From: Narcine bancroftii
Lineage: Eukaryota
Assembly: GCF_036971445.1 (NCBI RefSeq)
Contig: NC_091481.1
Span: 10,106,001 to 10,170,000, forward strand
Direction of reading: 5' to 3'
DNA: 64,000 bases
Below, piece after piece: positions 61,884-64,000 of the stretch; positions within the stretch are counted from its first letter, which is position 1, and every line of letters begins with the position of its first letter. Made by a program: the position numbers and the translations under genes. Under the pieces are notes generated by a model that did not search any database, had not been told where the DNA came from, and saw nothing but the letters and a program-made list of their open reading frames with translations.

Positions 61884-62179
61884 GTGAGCATTGCTGTGCC
61901 CTTGTTAATGCTGTGGAGGAGGAAAACTGCAGAGTGGTCATCGATCCCTTACAATGTAGATATCTGTCCTCAGTGAAAACTTCAACTTTTAACTTGAAAA
62001 CTCACCTCATTGTCTGATTATTCTTTCAATTCTTCCCAGATCACAGAATAATCTGTTCACTTTAAATATTCATATTTTGTCATCTACTTTTCTCTCCCTG
62101 ATTTACCACGGCTTTTAGCCTCGGAATTTCTTGTCTACTTTTTAAACTTGTTCTGAAACAGATTTTTTTTAAGAAAAAG

Positions 62180-62375
62180 TTATTCACAGCACGGTAGAAG
62201 CCAATTCCAGTCCTTTACACCCATGCCGCCTAATTAGGCCCAAATTAACCTATAACCTATACGTTTTGAAGGGTTGCAGGGAACTGGAGCACCATGAGAA
62301 AACCCATGCAAACACAGGGAGAATGTACAAACTCCTTACAGACAACGCTGGAATTGATCTGGGGTAGATATAGTG
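62180..62375 (-). mobile_element. V-SINE (HE1-like)
   Basis: Reverse-complement V-domain GAAAACCCATGCAAACACAGGGAGAATGTACAAACTCCTTACAGAC. Confidence 0.75.
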
Positions 62376-63189
62376 TTTTACTAACTGCTAGGCTAGGCCA
62401 CCAGTTTTGTTATATGCCAACAGTTTAGGAAGTCCCATAAAGATGTAAGAAAGGTTCTGTAAGGAGTGAAGCGTCAAAACACTTGGGTTTAGGAAGGATA
62501 CAGTGGTAACAAATTGCTGGGTCACTTCACTTGATCTTAAGGGCTGAAAGAAAATGGGATAGCTTTTTCTTCTCTGAGAATGGGACTCGAGTAATAAGCC
62601 CATTCATACAGCAGTGAGCAGCAAACATTGAGATATGGTGCAGATTAGTGTCTCCCTGGAGTGATCGTCAGGCCACAAACTATTCAGGCATGTACGTGAG
62701 CCTAGATTTGGGGTTAGAGGTATCAGTGAAGATTGTTTTACTAAAGCGAAACCTGTAGAGACATTGATCCTCAGAAACTCCTAGCTGTAAGAAGAAAATT
62801 CTGGCAGAATGAGTTCTTCAGTGATGAACCCTATTTCACATTTCCCATGTCTGATTCTTGAGGTTTGTCTCCATGTGAGCAGCAAGAGAAGTGTTCAGTA
62901 TTGACACAGGCCTATCAGAAGTTAGTTCTGAGTTTGGAAATGCTATCAAAAAAGAATAAAAACCATGGTTATTAGAGTAATTGAAAAACTTTTGGAGACC
63001 AAAACTGGTGTCTCACCCTCATTTTAGGGATTTTAAAGCTGGAATAATGTTTTTAACATTACTGAAAATTCAAATATTGGCTCAGACACCATGAGACCCA
63101 GAAATGGGTCAAATTATGTTGGATTCCAGGTTAAATCTATTTTCAACTGTTCAACACTGTTTTCAAAGTTAGTTCAAAAGTTTAAAGTT

Positions 63190-63748
63190 TAGATTTATTA
63201 TCAGAGTATATACATGACATCACATACGACTCTGAGATTCTTTTGCCTGCGTGCAAAAATCCATACTCAAGAAGATACATATACATGTGAATGAAAAAAG
63301 CAATGTAAACAAACTGCAATGCAGAGAGAAAAAAAATCAGTAAAGTGCAAAAGTACGAGCCCTTAAATGAGTCTCTGATTGAGTTTGTGTTGAGGAGTCT
63401 GATGGTGGAGAGGGAGCAGCTGTTCCTGAACCTGGTGGTGTGAGTCTTCTGTCACCTGAATCTCTTTCCTGATGGCAGCAGCGAAAACAGAGCATGTGCT
63501 GGGTGGTGTGGATCCTTGATGATTGCTGCTGCTCTCCCAAGGCAGTGTTCCCTGTTGATGTTCTCAAAGGTAGGGAGGGTTTTGCCAGTGATGTCCTTGG
63601 CTGTGCCCACTACCTTTTGCAGGGCTTTCCACTCAAGGTGTAGGTGTCCCTACACCAGGCCGTGATACAGCTGGTCAACATACTTCCCACCACACATCTG
63701 TAGAAATTTGCCAGAGTTTCCGATGTCATGCCAAACTTCCACAAACTC
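63190..63748 (-). mobile_element. Rex1/Babar-like LINE 3' fragment
   Basis: Colinear with 57029-57610 and 32290-33180. Confidence 0.85.
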
Positions 63749-63890
63749 TTTAGCATTTTGAGAATAGACATAAACCACATTGTTAAACATCTTGAACCAC
63801 TTGTCCAAAGTGATGAATGCTAAACACTTGTTTTGAAGTGCTGTTCTGTCAATAATATACTCACTGAATATTTTCTCCTCCTGATGCCAG

Positions 63891-64000
63891 ATTGTTATAG
63901 GTGGCGATGAGAGCACAATACTTGTGACAGACCTGAAGCCCAGAACAAAGTATTCCTTCACCCTGGTTGCTGTGTATACAAATGAGATCAGGGGCCCTAC
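63891..64000 (+). CDS. col7a1-like: Collagen alpha-1(VII)-like, coding exon 7 (second half of FN3-1), cut by the window edge; missed by the ORF track
   Basis: TTTTCTCCTCCTGATGCCAG acceptor, phase 0; IVIGGDESTILVTDLKPRTKYSFTLVAVYTNEIRGP contains the FN3 L-x-P-x-T-x-Y motif and completes exon 6. Confidence 0.9.
   Translation, partial: MVIGGDESTILVTDLKPRTKYSFTLVAVYTNEIRGP

Noticed and set aside
49224-64000. Assignment as COL12A1, COL14A1, COL20A1 or matrilin
   Set aside because: The signal-peptide exon appears to join the vWA directly, FN3 follows, and exon sizes 181/94/164 match COL7A1. Not fully excluded without a phylogeny.

Overview
This is eukaryotic vertebrate DNA. The repeat content (HE1/V-SINE-type SINEs, CR1, Rex1/Babar, Penelope, Deu-domain SINEs) points to a cartilaginous fish, probably a ray; that assignment is inference. 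The only host gene I can support is the 5' end of a type VII collagen-like gene on the + strand. Seven coding exons (25155-25245, 49224-49404, 51530-51686, 52802-52895, 59942-60112, 61720-61883, 63891->64000) join in frame through GT-AG sites. They give a signal peptide, a Cys-flanked vWA domain and the first FN3 repeat (~322 aa, running off the window). Exon sizes and phases track human COL7A1 exons 1-7, but the vWA MIDAS is degenerate (DESWN; GGNA), suggesting a divergent paralog. The ATG exon has a splice acceptor, and a candidate promoter/non-coding first exon lies near 12.6-13.0 kb. The rest is mostly decayed transposable elements. These include two copies of one L1 family (one lacking ORF2), young RTE 3' ends, many antisense Rex1-like LINEs, Penelope elements and short fold-back derivatives with a hammerhead-like core, Chapaev3-, hAT-, Harbinger- and Tc1/pogo-type DNA elements, and a Gypsy pol fragment. 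There are also TE-derived minisatellites and a 132-N gap. Most ORF-track entries are spurious or TE-derived. Repeat boundaries are by eye and approximate unless TIR/TSD positions are given. I found no clearly new multi-gene system.
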